Below are positions 29,013 through 37,955 of a stretch of 64,000 nucleotides of DNA, in pieces. Positions within the stretch are counted from its first letter, which is position 1; every line of letters starts with the position of its first letter. The stretch comes from an uncultured Clostridium sp. GTDB taxonomy: Bacteria > Bacillota > Clostridia > TANB77 > CAG-508. The stretch lies in the NCBI GenBank assembly GCA_902461935.1, contig CABPZP010000002.1, positions 43,685 through 107,684 of the forward strand, read 5' to 3'. The notes under the pieces are model-generated. The model had not been told where the DNA came from and did no database searches. It was given only the letters and a program-made list of their open reading frames with translations. The translations under genes and the position numbers were made by a program.

Positions 29013-30299
29013 TTACTTTTTAGGCGAAATTTTCTCAATTCCACCCATATAAGGTCTTAAAACTTCTGGAATTTTAATGCTTCCATCTGGTTGATAATTA
29101 TTTTCAACAATAGCAATTAACATACGAGGCGGAGCAACAACAGTATTATTTAAAGTATGAGGTAAATAATTTCCTTTTTCACCTTTAATACGAATACCTA
29201 AACGTCTAGATTGGGCATCTGTTAAATTTGAACAGCTTCCAACTTCAAAATATTTCTTTTGTCTTGGACTCCATGCTTCTACATCACAACTTTTAGCTTT
29301 TAAATCTGCTAAATCTCCACTGCAACATTCCAAAGTTCTAACAGGCACATCCATACTTCTAAATAATTCAACTGTATATGACCACATTTTATCATACCAA
29401 TTCCAACTATCTTCTGGTTCACATACAACAATCATTTCTTGTTTTTCAAATTGATGTATTCTATAAACACCACGTTCTTCAATACCGTGTGCACCTTTTT
29501 CTTTTCTAAAACAAGGTGAATATGAAGTTAAATTATAAGGTAAATCTTCTTTATTTAATATTTGATCTTTAAAGCGTCCAATCATAGAATGTTCACTTGT
29601 ACCGATTAAATATAAATCTTCACCTTCAATTTTATACATCATTGCATCCATTTCTTCGAAACTCATAACACCTGTAACAACGTCAGAACGAATCATATAA
29701 GGTGGAATGCAATAAGTAAATCCTTTGTTAATCATAAAGTCTCTTGCATAAGTAAGAACTGCAGAATGTAGTCTAGCAACATCGCCTAAAAGATAATAAA
29801 AACCGTTTCCAGCAACTCTTCTAGCACTATCTAAATCAAGTCCACCCAAATTTTCTAAAATTTTACCGTGAAATGGAATTTCATAATCTGGAACTACAGG
29901 TTCACCATATTTTTTTATTTCAACATTTTTACTATCGTCTTCACCTATTGGAACAGATTCATGCATAATATTAGGTATTTTCATCATTCTAGATTTTATC
30001 TCTTCTGCATATTCAGCTTCTAATTTTTCATTTTCTTCAAGTTCAGAGTTTATTTTTTGAACTTCAGCTTTTATTTTTTCAGTTTCATCTTTTTTGCCTT
30101 CACGCATTAAAGAACCAATTTGATTACTTAAATTTTTTCTGTTCATTCTTAATTCATCACCATGAAGTTTTGCTTTTCTATTTTTTACATCTAAATCTAA
30201 AACTTCATCAACCAAAACTAATTTGTGATTTTGAAATTTTTTACGAATATTTTCTTTTACAAGTTCAGGATTTTCTCTAATAAGTTTTATATCTATCAT
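29013..30299 (-). CDS. serS: serine--tRNA ligase
   Basis: N-terminal coiled coil, then class II motifs (FRKEKGAHG..., GSCSN...). Start set at the second Met because GGAGG lies within the first codons of the track ORF. Confidence 0.9.
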   Translation of the reverse strand: MIDIKLIRENPELVKENIRKKFQNHKLVLVDEVLDLDVKNRKAKLHGDELRMNRKNLSNQIGSLMREGKKDETEKIKAEVQKINSELEENEKLEAEYAEEIKSRMMKIPNIMHESVPIGEDDSKNVEIKKYGEPVVPDYEIPFHGKILENLGGLDLDSARRVAGNGFYYLLGDVARLHSAVLTYARDFMINKGFTYCIPPYMIRSDVVTGVMSFEEMDAMMYKIEGEDLYLIGTSEHSMIGRFKDQILNKEDLPYNLTSYSPCFRKEKGAHGIEERGVYRIHQFEKQEMIVVCEPEDSWNWYDKMWSYTVELFRSMDVPVRTLECCSGDLADLKAKSCDVEAWSPRQKKYFEVGSCSNLTDAQSRRLGIRIKGEKGNYLPHTLNNTVVAPPRMLIAIVENNYQPDGSIKIPEVLRPYMGGIEKISPKK

Positions 30300-30367
30300 A
30301 ATAGCCTCCATAAAAATAAAATTAATAAGTGCATTTTACAACAATATAAACAAAAAAGCAAATTTTT

Positions 30368-30406
30368 AAACTTATGTTTGACAATTAAATGTTTGTATGG
30401 TAGAAT
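30368..30406 (+). promoter_or_regulatory. lexA promoter (TTGACA-17-TAGAAT) with an overlapping SOS-box-like palindrome
   Basis: AAACTTATGTTT (30368-30379) resembles the Firmicutes LexA box GAAC-N4-GTTC. -35 at 30378-30383, -10 at 30401-30406. Confidence 0.5.
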
Positions 30407-30433
30407 ATACAAAAAAATTAGGAGCGTGATTAA

Positions 30434-31084
30434 ATGAAAAAGGATGCAAATGGACTAAATAAAAGAGAAAGAGCAATACTAAAATTTATAGAAAAACAAA
30501 TACAAACAAACGGATATCCACCATCAGTTAGAGAAATAGGAAAGGCAGTTGGATTAAGTTCAACAGCAACAGTACATGGCTATCTAGCACAACTAGAATC
30601 AAAAGGATTTATAAAAAAAGAATCACAAAAAGGTAGAACACTTAGACTTTTGAAAGGCGCAGATGGAATAAAAAAAGAAAAATCAGTTAAAGATTTTTAC
30701 ACACATAAAGAACTTGCAGAAGTGCCGGTTATAGGTAAAGTTACAGCAGGAGCACCAATATTAGCAGTTGAAAATGTTACAGATACTTTTCCAATTCCAA
30801 TAGATTTTGTTGGAAATAGCGAAGCCTTTATGCTAAAAGTTAGAGGAGAAAGTATGATAGAAGCAGGTATTTTAGATGGAGATCTAATACTTGTAAAGAA
30901 ACAAGATAGCGCACGTAATGGAGAAATGGTAGTAGCTTTAGTAGGAGATGAAGCAACAGTTAAAACATTTTACAAAGAAAAAGACCATATACGTTTACAA
31001 CCAGAAAACAGTACAATGGATCCAATAATAGTTCCAGACTGTAAAATACTAGGAAAAGTTGCTGGTGTATTTAGAAAAATGTAA
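30434..31084 (+). CDS. lexA: LexA repressor
   Basis: N-terminal winged HTH, an AG cleavage site (VTAGAP), and S24 peptidase Ser (RGESM) and Lys (VKTF). Confidence 0.9.
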   Translation: MKKDANGLNKRERAILKFIEKQIQTNGYPPSVREIGKAVGLSSTATVHGYLAQLESKGFIKKESQKGRTLRLLKGADGIKKEKSVKDFYTHKELAEVPVIGKVTAGAPILAVENVTDTFPIPIDFVGNSEAFMLKVRGESMIEAGILDGDLILVKKQDSARNGEMVVALVGDEATVKTFYKEKDHIRLQPENSTMDPIIVPDCKILGKVAGVFRKM

Positions 31085-31100
31085 ATCATAAAATTTATAA

Positions 31101-31124
31101 TAGGCAGACAAATAAGTCTGCCTA
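31101..31124 (+). terminator. hairpin after lexA
   Basis: aggcagac-aaataa-gtctgcct. Confidence 0.6.
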
Positions 31125-31199
31125 ATTAAATAATATAGAAAGGAATTAATCAGTTACATAGATTTTTTATTTCTATAAAATTGATTAAATAAAAAAAGA

Positions 31200-32159
31200 A
31201 TGTTTTTTAATGAAAAAGAATACAAGGAATATTTAAAGAAAAATAAAATAAATAGAGGAGACTTTGAAAGAAATAATACCTTTAGAAGAAATTTCCATGA
31301 ACAAGATAAAAATGGTAGAATAATTATAGATATGAAGAAATCTACAGAATCAGCAATTGATATAAGTAACTATTCAACTCCTAAAGGATGGTATATGTTA
31401 GATAATATGGATATGGTTCTTGTAAAAAATATATTTGGAGATGTATATAGAAATTTAAACGAAGAAAAATATAATTTTAGTAAATACAATGCTATTATAA
31501 TTCAATACTTATCGAAACAATTTGGAATTAAAAGTGCTAAATATTACTTAGCAACAGAAAAAGGAAATACGAGATTAACATATATAATAACACCAAGCTT
31601 TTTAAATAAAGATGAAAAATTAGTAGAGGGTAATTCAATATTGAAAGATCCAATGGAATTAAATATAGATAAAATTCTTAAACAGATTGAAGAATATGGA
31701 AAAGAGAAAAATTACAATATTGAAGATATTGTTTCAATAAAGCATGATTTTTTAAAGCAGACAATTTTCAATAAGTTTGTTATGCAATCAGACGAAAATA
31801 ATGGAAATTGGGCTATTATAGAAGATAAAATAAATGCAAAATTTTCTCCTATATATGATTACGATTGTTCATGTGGAGTAGAAACCAAAAATAAGCATCT
31901 AAGAAGTACAAATAATGGAAGTACAGAATTGAAAGATGTATTAGAGCAATATAAAGATGAAAAATGGCTACAGAAATACGTAAAAATAGCAATTTCTAAA
32001 GTTGACTTTGATAAAATTATAGATAATATAGAAGATGATAGAATAAAAATTGAAGAAAAAGTTTTAAATAGATATAGAAAATTTTTTAATGAAAGAAAAG
32101 TCGAATTAGAAAAATTATATAACGATGTTTATGAACAAAAAGAAGTAGAAGAAAGATAG
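31200..32159 (+). CDS. hypothetical protein; weak resemblance to the HipA C-terminal kinase fold
   Basis: FVMQSDENNGNWAII...FSPIYDYD is reminiscent of the HipA_C catalytic and D-loop spacing. No good RBS at the annotated ATG. Confidence 0.3.
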   Translation: MFFNEKEYKEYLKKNKINRGDFERNNTFRRNFHEQDKNGRIIIDMKKSTESAIDISNYSTPKGWYMLDNMDMVLVKNIFGDVYRNLNEEKYNFSKYNAIIIQYLSKQFGIKSAKYYLATEKGNTRLTYIITPSFLNKDEKLVEGNSILKDPMELNIDKILKQIEEYGKEKNYNIEDIVSIKHDFLKQTIFNKFVMQSDENNGNWAIIEDKINAKFSPIYDYDCSCGVETKNKHLRSTNNGSTELKDVLEQYKDEKWLQKYVKIAISKVDFDKIIDNIEDDRIKIEEKVLNRYRKFFNERKVELEKLYNDVYEQKEVEER

Positions 32160-32360
32160 AATAAAAAATAGAAAAATGCACATACCAAAATAAAAGGTAG
32201 GTGTATTTTTTATGGAAAAAAATCATAAAGAAGAAAGTGAAGATGTAACAAAATATGGTGAATTTGTAACCTCATATTTTGCTTGGATACCAACAGAAAA
32301 GCAAAAAGATATTGTTAAAAAATTAGAAAAAATCACTAATAAAAACAATAAATAAATTAA

Positions 32361-32558
32361 CGTAAAATACTGCAGGAGCAGACATCTCTGGCAGACCAAA
32401 ACAGAAAAAAATATATAAACTTACGTCAAACGTTGTAGGGGCGGATGCCTCTGTCCGCCCGTAAAAGAAAAAATTATATATAAATCAATGTCAAACATTG
32501 TAGGGGTCGGCGTCCTCGACGACCCGAAAAAAATATATATAAATTAACGTCAAAATTT
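32361..32558 (+). repeat. head-to-tail array of three REP-like units plus a terminal hairpin-less leader
   Basis: Units at 32361-32397 (decayed), 32424-32461 (GGGCGGATGCCTCTGTCCGCCC) and 32489-32526 (GGGTCGGCGTCCTCGACGACCC). Orphan leader aacgtcaaaattt at 32546-32558. Confidence 0.85.
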
Positions 32559-32786
32559 ATAATTGAATTTACATATTTTATGTATATAACTGTCAATAAG
32601 GCTACGTTTATCATTGCTGATACCATTAAGGTATATATTAAAAAAATTACATGATTAAAATATAAAAAAACATAAGAAAAAAACGCGAACATTTTTTCAA
32701 AAAACTATTGACAAATAAAAAATCTAATAGTAAAATACAAACATAAGTTCAAACGAACATAAATTTGAAAAAAGGGAGCGATAAAA

Positions 32787-33470
32787 ATGAATATATTTGG
32801 AATAAAAAGCAATGTAATAGAGTATACAGTTAATAAGGCAGATAATAAAGGAATATATATATCAGTACAAAATGGAGAAGTATTAGTAAACGCTCCTTGG
32901 TATGTTACAAGCAATCAAATACAAGAAGTTGTTGAACAAAAAAGAAAATGGATATTAGAAAAATTAAATGAATATGAAACAACAAGAAAGAATATAAAGA
33001 AATACATATATTTATTAGGAAAAAAATATGAATTAGAAATTAAATACGAAAATATTTCTGTACCGGAAGTAAATGTAGAAAATAGCATTGTAGAAATTTT
33101 ATTACCTAACAAATATAGAAAGATAGATAACAGAGCAATTATACAAATTGTATTAAATAAATTAATAGAAAAAGTAGCACAAGATGAAATAGAAATGGCT
33201 ATGGAAAAAGCAAGAGTATTATTAGGTTTTGCACCAGAGGATTTCAAAATAGAAAATATGGGAAATACATTAGGAAAATGTGAAAACAAAGTTATAACTA
33301 TAAACCCAGAAGTTGCAAAATATAATAGAACCGTTATAGAATATGTTGTAATGCATGAATATTGTCACTTAAAATATAAAACACACTCAAAAAAATTCTT
33401 AGAAATGATAGAAAAAAATCAAAAAAATTATGAAAAAATTGAAAATTTAATTTCAAAATATAAATTCTAA
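32787..33470 (+). CDS. YgjP-like (DUF45/M48-type) zinc metallopeptidase
   Basis: HEYCHL (HExxH) near the C-terminus; typical length. Confidence 0.7.
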   Translation: MNIFGIKSNVIEYTVNKADNKGIYISVQNGEVLVNAPWYVTSNQIQEVVEQKRKWILEKLNEYETTRKNIKKYIYLLGKKYELEIKYENISVPEVNVENSIVEILLPNKYRKIDNRAIIQIVLNKLIEKVAQDEIEMAMEKARVLLGFAPEDFKIENMGNTLGKCENKVITINPEVAKYNRTVIEYVVMHEYCHLKYKTHSKKFLEMIEKNQKNYEKIENLISKYKF

Positions 33471-33503
33471 TGTATAATAATAAAAAATATTAGGAGTTTA
33501 TAA

Positions 33504-34304
33504 ATGAGAGAAAAAATAAACAAAGTATTTGAAAAAATGGGAGATGACCATGTAAGTGAATTTTCAGCACAATCATCTTATTATATGATACTTGCATTTG
33601 TCCCCTTTTTAATTTTATTATTATCGTTAATACAATTCACAGGAATAGAAGCGCAAACAGTGTATAACATTATTTCATATGTAATTCCATCCACAATGAA
33701 AGATATGGTTTTAGGAATAGTTCAAGAGGTATATTCCAAATCATATGGAACAATATCTATTGCAATATTATTTACATTATGGTCAGCAGGAAAAGGATTT
33801 TTTGCGTTAAATAAAGGACTTAACAACATTTATGAAATTGATGAAAGTAAATATATCTACCTAAAGGCAAAATCTATTCTAAATACAGTAATATTTTTAA
33901 TATTAATTACAGTAGCACTTGTATTATTAGTATTTGGAAATAGCTTTATAACAATATTGCAAAATAAATTTGTATTCTTAGATAGTTTTTTCTGGAAAGC
34001 ATTAGCAGAATTAGGGTATATAGTTTTCACATTTTTTATGTATATTGCTATATACAAATTTATACCTAAACACAAAGTAAAAATACTATCACAAATACCC
34101 GGAGCATTTATTGGTTCAATAGGGCTAAACATTGTATCATTTATATTTGCAAAATATCTAAATATATTTAAAGGATTCTCACTTATGTATGGAAGCTTAA
34201 CAACAATTATGCTAATTATGATGTGGACATATACATGTATGTATACATTATTTTTAGGCGCAGAAATAAACAAAATAATAGACATTTTTAAAAACAATAA
34301 ATAA
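33504..34304 (+). CDS. YihY/BrkB-family membrane protein
   Basis: 266 aa with six TM segments and N-terminal ...DHVSEFSAQSSYYMILAFVPFL. Confidence 0.7.
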   Translation: MREKINKVFEKMGDDHVSEFSAQSSYYMILAFVPFLILLLSLIQFTGIEAQTVYNIISYVIPSTMKDMVLGIVQEVYSKSYGTISIAILFTLWSAGKGFFALNKGLNNIYEIDESKYIYLKAKSILNTVIFLILITVALVLLVFGNSFITILQNKFVFLDSFFWKALAELGYIVFTFFMYIAIYKFIPKHKVKILSQIPGAFIGSIGLNIVSFIFAKYLNIFKGFSLMYGSLTTIMLIMMWTYTCMYTLFLGAEINKIIDIFKNNK

Positions 34305-34314
34305 TTTAAAGTAT

Positions 34315-34349
34315 CATCAAACGTTGTAGGGGCACGGTGCTCCGTGCCC
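34315..34349 (+). repeat. REP-like unit with stem GGGCACGG/CCGTGCCC
   Basis: catcaaacgttGTAGGGGCACGGTGCTCCGTGCCC, followed by the orphan leader atcgttaaatatt (34371-34383). Confidence 0.85.
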
Positions 34350-34545
34350 AAAAAAGATACAATTCAAAATATCGTTAAATATTCTAACATCATATATCAG
34401 GAAATATTTAACAGAAACTATTGCGCAATAAATTTATTTAATGTAGAATATAAACATAATTTATATCGAACTAATTTTATTCAAATATTTAATTCTTAAA
34501 TAGCCAAAAAAATTAAAATAATAAGAAAAATGGAGATGGTGCTTA

Positions 34546-35118
34546 TTGAACAATAAAATCAATTCTGAGATAAATATTAATGAAAATGTAGAAAAAATTT
34601 ACAACGATGATAGTATACCAAAATTTACATTCAAAGACTTTTTAAAATACCAGGCAATATTTCATCCAGAAGATAAAATAGAATTTGATAATATGCTTGA
34701 GCTTAACGAAGATTCAGAAGATTATAATTACAACAAGGTAAATAATGAACATGATAAAGTGTTTAGAACAATTTTAAGTGATAAAAAGGAAGCAGTAATT
34801 TTTATAAATAAAGCATTAGATTTAAATTTAAAAGAAAGTGAAATAGAAAAATACAAAGAAAATTACATAACAGAAAATTTAATAAGAAAAATAAATAAAG
34901 AGGAGGAAAAAGAAATGTTAGCAATATTAGATACAATAGCTGAAGAAAATGAAAGAATATTACAACAAGGAATAAGAAAAGGAATAAAAAAGGGAAAAAT
35001 TGAGGGAATAAAAGAGACAACAATTAATAATGCAAAAAAGATGAAAAAAGCAAATATAGATATTAAATTAATAATGGAGATAACTGGTTTGAAAAAAGAA
35101 GAGATAGAAAGGTTATAA
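34546..35118 (+). CDS. internally deleted Rpn-family (TIGR01784-type) nuclease/transposase-like fragment
   Basis: N-terminal HDKVFRTILSDKKEAVIFINKAL and C-terminal NNAKKMKKANIDIKLIMEITGLKKEEIERL match the two ends of Rpn-type proteins. The PD-(D/E)xK core is missing. Confidence 0.5.
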   Translation: MNNKINSEININENVEKIYNDDSIPKFTFKDFLKYQAIFHPEDKIEFDNMLELNEDSEDYNYNKVNNEHDKVFRTILSDKKEAVIFINKALDLNLKESEIEKYKENYITENLIRKINKEEEKEMLAILDTIAEENERILQQGIRKGIKKGKIEGIKETTINNAKKMKKANIDIKLIMEITGLKKEEIERL

Positions 35119-35153
35119 ATATTTGAAAAAACAAAAAATACAATTCAAAATAT

Positions 35154-35255
35154 CGTCAAACATTGTAGAGGCACGGTGCTCCGTGCCCGAAAATTAAAAA
35201 TATAATCTAAAATTCTGTCAAAAGTTGTATGTATCGGTGTCCTTAGGGTAACCCG
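35154..35255 (+). repeat. two REP-like units (second is AT-decayed)
   Basis: cgtcaaacattGTAGAGGCACGGTGCTCCGTGCCCG at 35154-35189. ctgtcaaaagttGTATGTATCGGTGTCCTTAGGGTAACCCG at 35215-35255. Confidence 0.8.
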
Positions 35256-35288
35256 AAGAAAAAAGATTTCTAAAAGGAGAGATAAAAA

Positions 35289-35912
35289 ATGAAAATTTTA
35301 TTAATTAATGGTGGACCACACGAAAAAGGCTCAACAAATGTTGCATTAGAAGAGGTAGCCAAAACTTTAAATGAAAATAATATAGAAACAGAAATAATGT
35401 GGTTAGGAAACAATCCAATTGGAGGATGCATAGGATGTAACTATTGCTTAAAAAATAATAATAGATGTTTTATGAAAGATAAAGTAAATGAATTTTTAGA
35501 CAAAGTAGAAGAAACAGACGGATTTGTATTTGGAAGTCCTGTTCATTTTGCAGCTGCAAGTGGAGCATTAACATCCTTTTTAGATAGAGTTTTTTATGGA
35601 AGAGGAAAAATGTTTAAAAACAAGGTAGCTGCCTCAGTAGTAAGCTGTAGAAGAGGAGGTGCAACAGCAGCCTTTGATCAAATAAACAAATATGCACTAA
35701 TGAACAATATGTATATAGTAGGAAGTTCATATTGGAACCAAATACATGGAAATAATGCAGAAGAAGCAAAGCAAGATTTAGAAGGATTACAAACTATGAG
35801 AAATCTAGCAAAAAATATGGCATACATATTAAAATGCATAAACAATGCAGAAGAAAATGGAATACAAAAACCACAATATGAAGAAAAAATAAAAACAAAT
35901 TTTATTAGGTAA
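35289..35912 (+). CDS. flavodoxin-fold NAD(P)H-dependent FMN reductase / iron-sulfur flavoprotein-like
   Basis: MKILLINGGPHEKGST..., a Cys cluster (GGCIGCNYC) and FGSPVHFAAASG. Confidence 0.7.
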   Translation: MKILLINGGPHEKGSTNVALEEVAKTLNENNIETEIMWLGNNPIGGCIGCNYCLKNNNRCFMKDKVNEFLDKVEETDGFVFGSPVHFAAASGALTSFLDRVFYGRGKMFKNKVAASVVSCRRGGATAAFDQINKYALMNNMYIVGSSYWNQIHGNNAEEAKQDLEGLQTMRNLAKNMAYILKCINNAEENGIQKPQYEEKIKTNFIR

Positions 35913-36000
35913 AAATAAATTCTAAAAAATGTTGCAATAAAAAATTATTTAATATAAAATAAATATGTAAAAATTAATCAATTATTTTTCTTTAAATTAA

Positions 36001-36107
36001 TGTCAAATACTATAGGGGGAAGGAGTCCCTAGGGAGACACACTAAAGGTAAATATAATAGACAAACCAATGTCAAATATTGTAAGGGCGAACGCCTCTGT
36101 CCGCCCC
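36001..36107 (+). repeat. two decayed REP-like units
   Basis: tgtcaaatactATAGGGGGAAGGAGTCCCTAGGGAGAC at 36001-36042. atgtcaaatattGTAAGGGCGAACGCCTCTGTCCGCCCC at 36069-36107 (one stem mismatch). Confidence 0.7.
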
Positions 36108-36133
36108 AAAATAATAAAAAACAATATATATAA

Positions 36134-37357
36134 ATGAATAAGAACTTAAATTTTGGTATAACTTTAATTGCCTTAATAATAACAATAATCATATTATTAA
36201 TTCTTGCAGGTGTAACACTAAGCATGGTAATGGGAGAAAGCGGAATATTTGGAAAAGCCAATATAGCAAGTGAAAATACAAAAATAGCAAATGCAAAAGA
36301 AATAATAAGGTTAGCAGTGATAGAAAATGAAGTATACAAAAATACAAATGATTCAAGAGCGAAAAGTGATAGTGGTTTACAAACAGAAATAGAAACAAAA
36401 TTAACAAACGAAGGATATAAAGTAGAAGAAGGAAAAATAACAATAGGAAAAGCAGAACCAATAGATATAGCAGAAGAAATAAAAAAATCGTCAACAGGAG
36501 AAAATGGAAGTTCTGGTGGAAACGTAACAATAGAAAAAGGAGATAATACACAAGGAACAGAGCCTAAAACAATAAATGGAAAACCAGCAACATACAGTAA
36601 CCCAATAATACCAGCAGGATTTAAAGCAGTAGATAGCTCAATAGATAATACAATAGATAGTAAAGCAAGTTGGACAAATGGAGAAGGATATAAATACGGA
36701 TTGGTAATAGAAGATAAAGAAGGAAACCAATTTGTATGGATAGCAGTAGATGGAACAAATGTAGTATTAAATAGATATCAATTTCAAGATAGTTTAAATT
36801 ACAATAGTGAAAGTTATAACAATTATAGTGAAACAAAAGATACTACTTGGGCAGAAAAAGTTGGAAAATATGGAGGATATTATATAGGAAGATATGAAAC
36901 AAAATATGAAAATAGTAAATGTGTAGTAAAACAAGGAAAAGTTCCAACGGTAGATGTTACAAGAGATACAGCACGTGGATATGCACAAAAAATGAAAAAC
37001 GATTATGGATATGGCGTAACAACAGATTTATTAAATAGTTATATGTGGGATACAGCCCTGAAATATATAGATTATTATACCCAAAGCAGTTTTTCAACAA
37101 CAACAGGACTAGGAAATGCCGGGAAAATAAATAGTGGAGCTGTAGCAAGTGGCTCATATAGTAACGATATAAAATGTAATATAGCAGATATGAGTGGAAA
37201 TGCATGCGAATGGACAACAGAATACTATAGTTCGAGTATTCCGTGCGTTTATCGTGGTGGCATTTACTTTTATAGCAGCGCAGCGTGTAGGCGTTCTTAC
37301 GGTACTACCAGTGATAGCGGTAGTTATGTAGGGTTTCGTTGTGCGCTTTATTGGTAG
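36134..37357 (+). CDS. pilin-like N-terminal module fused to an FGE-sulfatase (SUMF1/DUF323) domain
   Basis: GITLIALIITIIILLILAGVTLSMVMGESGIFGKAN parallels the N-terminus of ORF 9213. The C-terminus DMSGNACEWTTE...YRGG...VGFRCAL is typical of FGE-sulfatase domains. Confidence 0.65.
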   Translation: MNKNLNFGITLIALIITIIILLILAGVTLSMVMGESGIFGKANIASENTKIANAKEIIRLAVIENEVYKNTNDSRAKSDSGLQTEIETKLTNEGYKVEEGKITIGKAEPIDIAEEIKKSSTGENGSSGGNVTIEKGDNTQGTEPKTINGKPATYSNPIIPAGFKAVDSSIDNTIDSKASWTNGEGYKYGLVIEDKEGNQFVWIAVDGTNVVLNRYQFQDSLNYNSESYNNYSETKDTTWAEKVGKYGGYYIGRYETKYENSKCVVKQGKVPTVDVTRDTARGYAQKMKNDYGYGVTTDLLNSYMWDTALKYIDYYTQSSFSTTTGLGNAGKINSGAVASGSYSNDIKCNIADMSGNACEWTTEYYSSSIPCVYRGGIYFYSSAACRRSYGTTSDSGSYVGFRCALYW

Positions 37358-37442
37358 CACTGAGTCCTGCATAATAATAAATCAACCATTGAAAAATAAT
37401 AAAAAAAGGTATAAAATACAATACAGAAAAGGAGCTGATTAT

Positions 37443-37883
37443 ATGTTAAAAGAAAAATTAATGGAAGATTTAAAACAATCTATGAAAGATAAAAATGTTG
37501 TAAGAAAGAATGTTGTACAAATGGTAAGAGCAGCAATATTACAATTTGAAAAGGATAATGGGATAGAAGTAGAAGATAACAAAATTTTAGATATAATAGC
37601 TAAAGAGGTAAAAAAGAGAAAAGATTCTTTAGCAGATTTTGAAAAAGCCAAAAGAGAAGATTTAATAAATCAAGCAAAAGAAGAAATAACAATATTAGAG
37701 GAATATTTACCAAAACAACTTACAAAAGAAGAATTAACAGAAAAAGTAAAAGAAATAATAGAAAAAACCGGAGCCACAACAATGAAAGATATGGGAAAAG
37801 TTATGAAGGCATGTAAGGAAGAAATAGGTGCTTCAGCAGATGGAAAAGCAATAAACGAAGTAGTTAAAGAAATATTAGCATAA
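37443..37883 (+). CDS. GatB/YqeY-domain protein
   Basis: MLKEKLMEDLKQSMKDKNVVRKNVVQMVRAAI... Start chosen after the AGGAG RBS. Confidence 0.8.
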   Translation: MLKEKLMEDLKQSMKDKNVVRKNVVQMVRAAILQFEKDNGIEVEDNKILDIIAKEVKKRKDSLADFEKAKREDLINQAKEEITILEEYLPKQLTKEELTEKVKEIIEKTGATTMKDMGKVMKACKEEIGASADGKAINEVVKEILA

Positions 37884-37955
37884 AAAATAAAATTGACAAA
37901 GATAGATCTTTGCCAATTTTTATATGAAGATAAAAAATATAGGAGAAATGAAAAA

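Noticed and set aside
30300-30433. A T-box leader might be expected upstream of serS.
   Set aside because: The serS upstream spacer is only ~130 nt, is shared with the divergent lexA promoter, and shows no specifier or T-box sequence.
32361-32558. The regularly spaced GC-rich repeats could be mistaken for a small CRISPR array.
   Set aside because: The 'repeats' differ from each other (different stem classes). The 'spacers' are the conserved AT-rich leader rather than unique sequences. The same units occur singly all over the window, and there are no cas genes.
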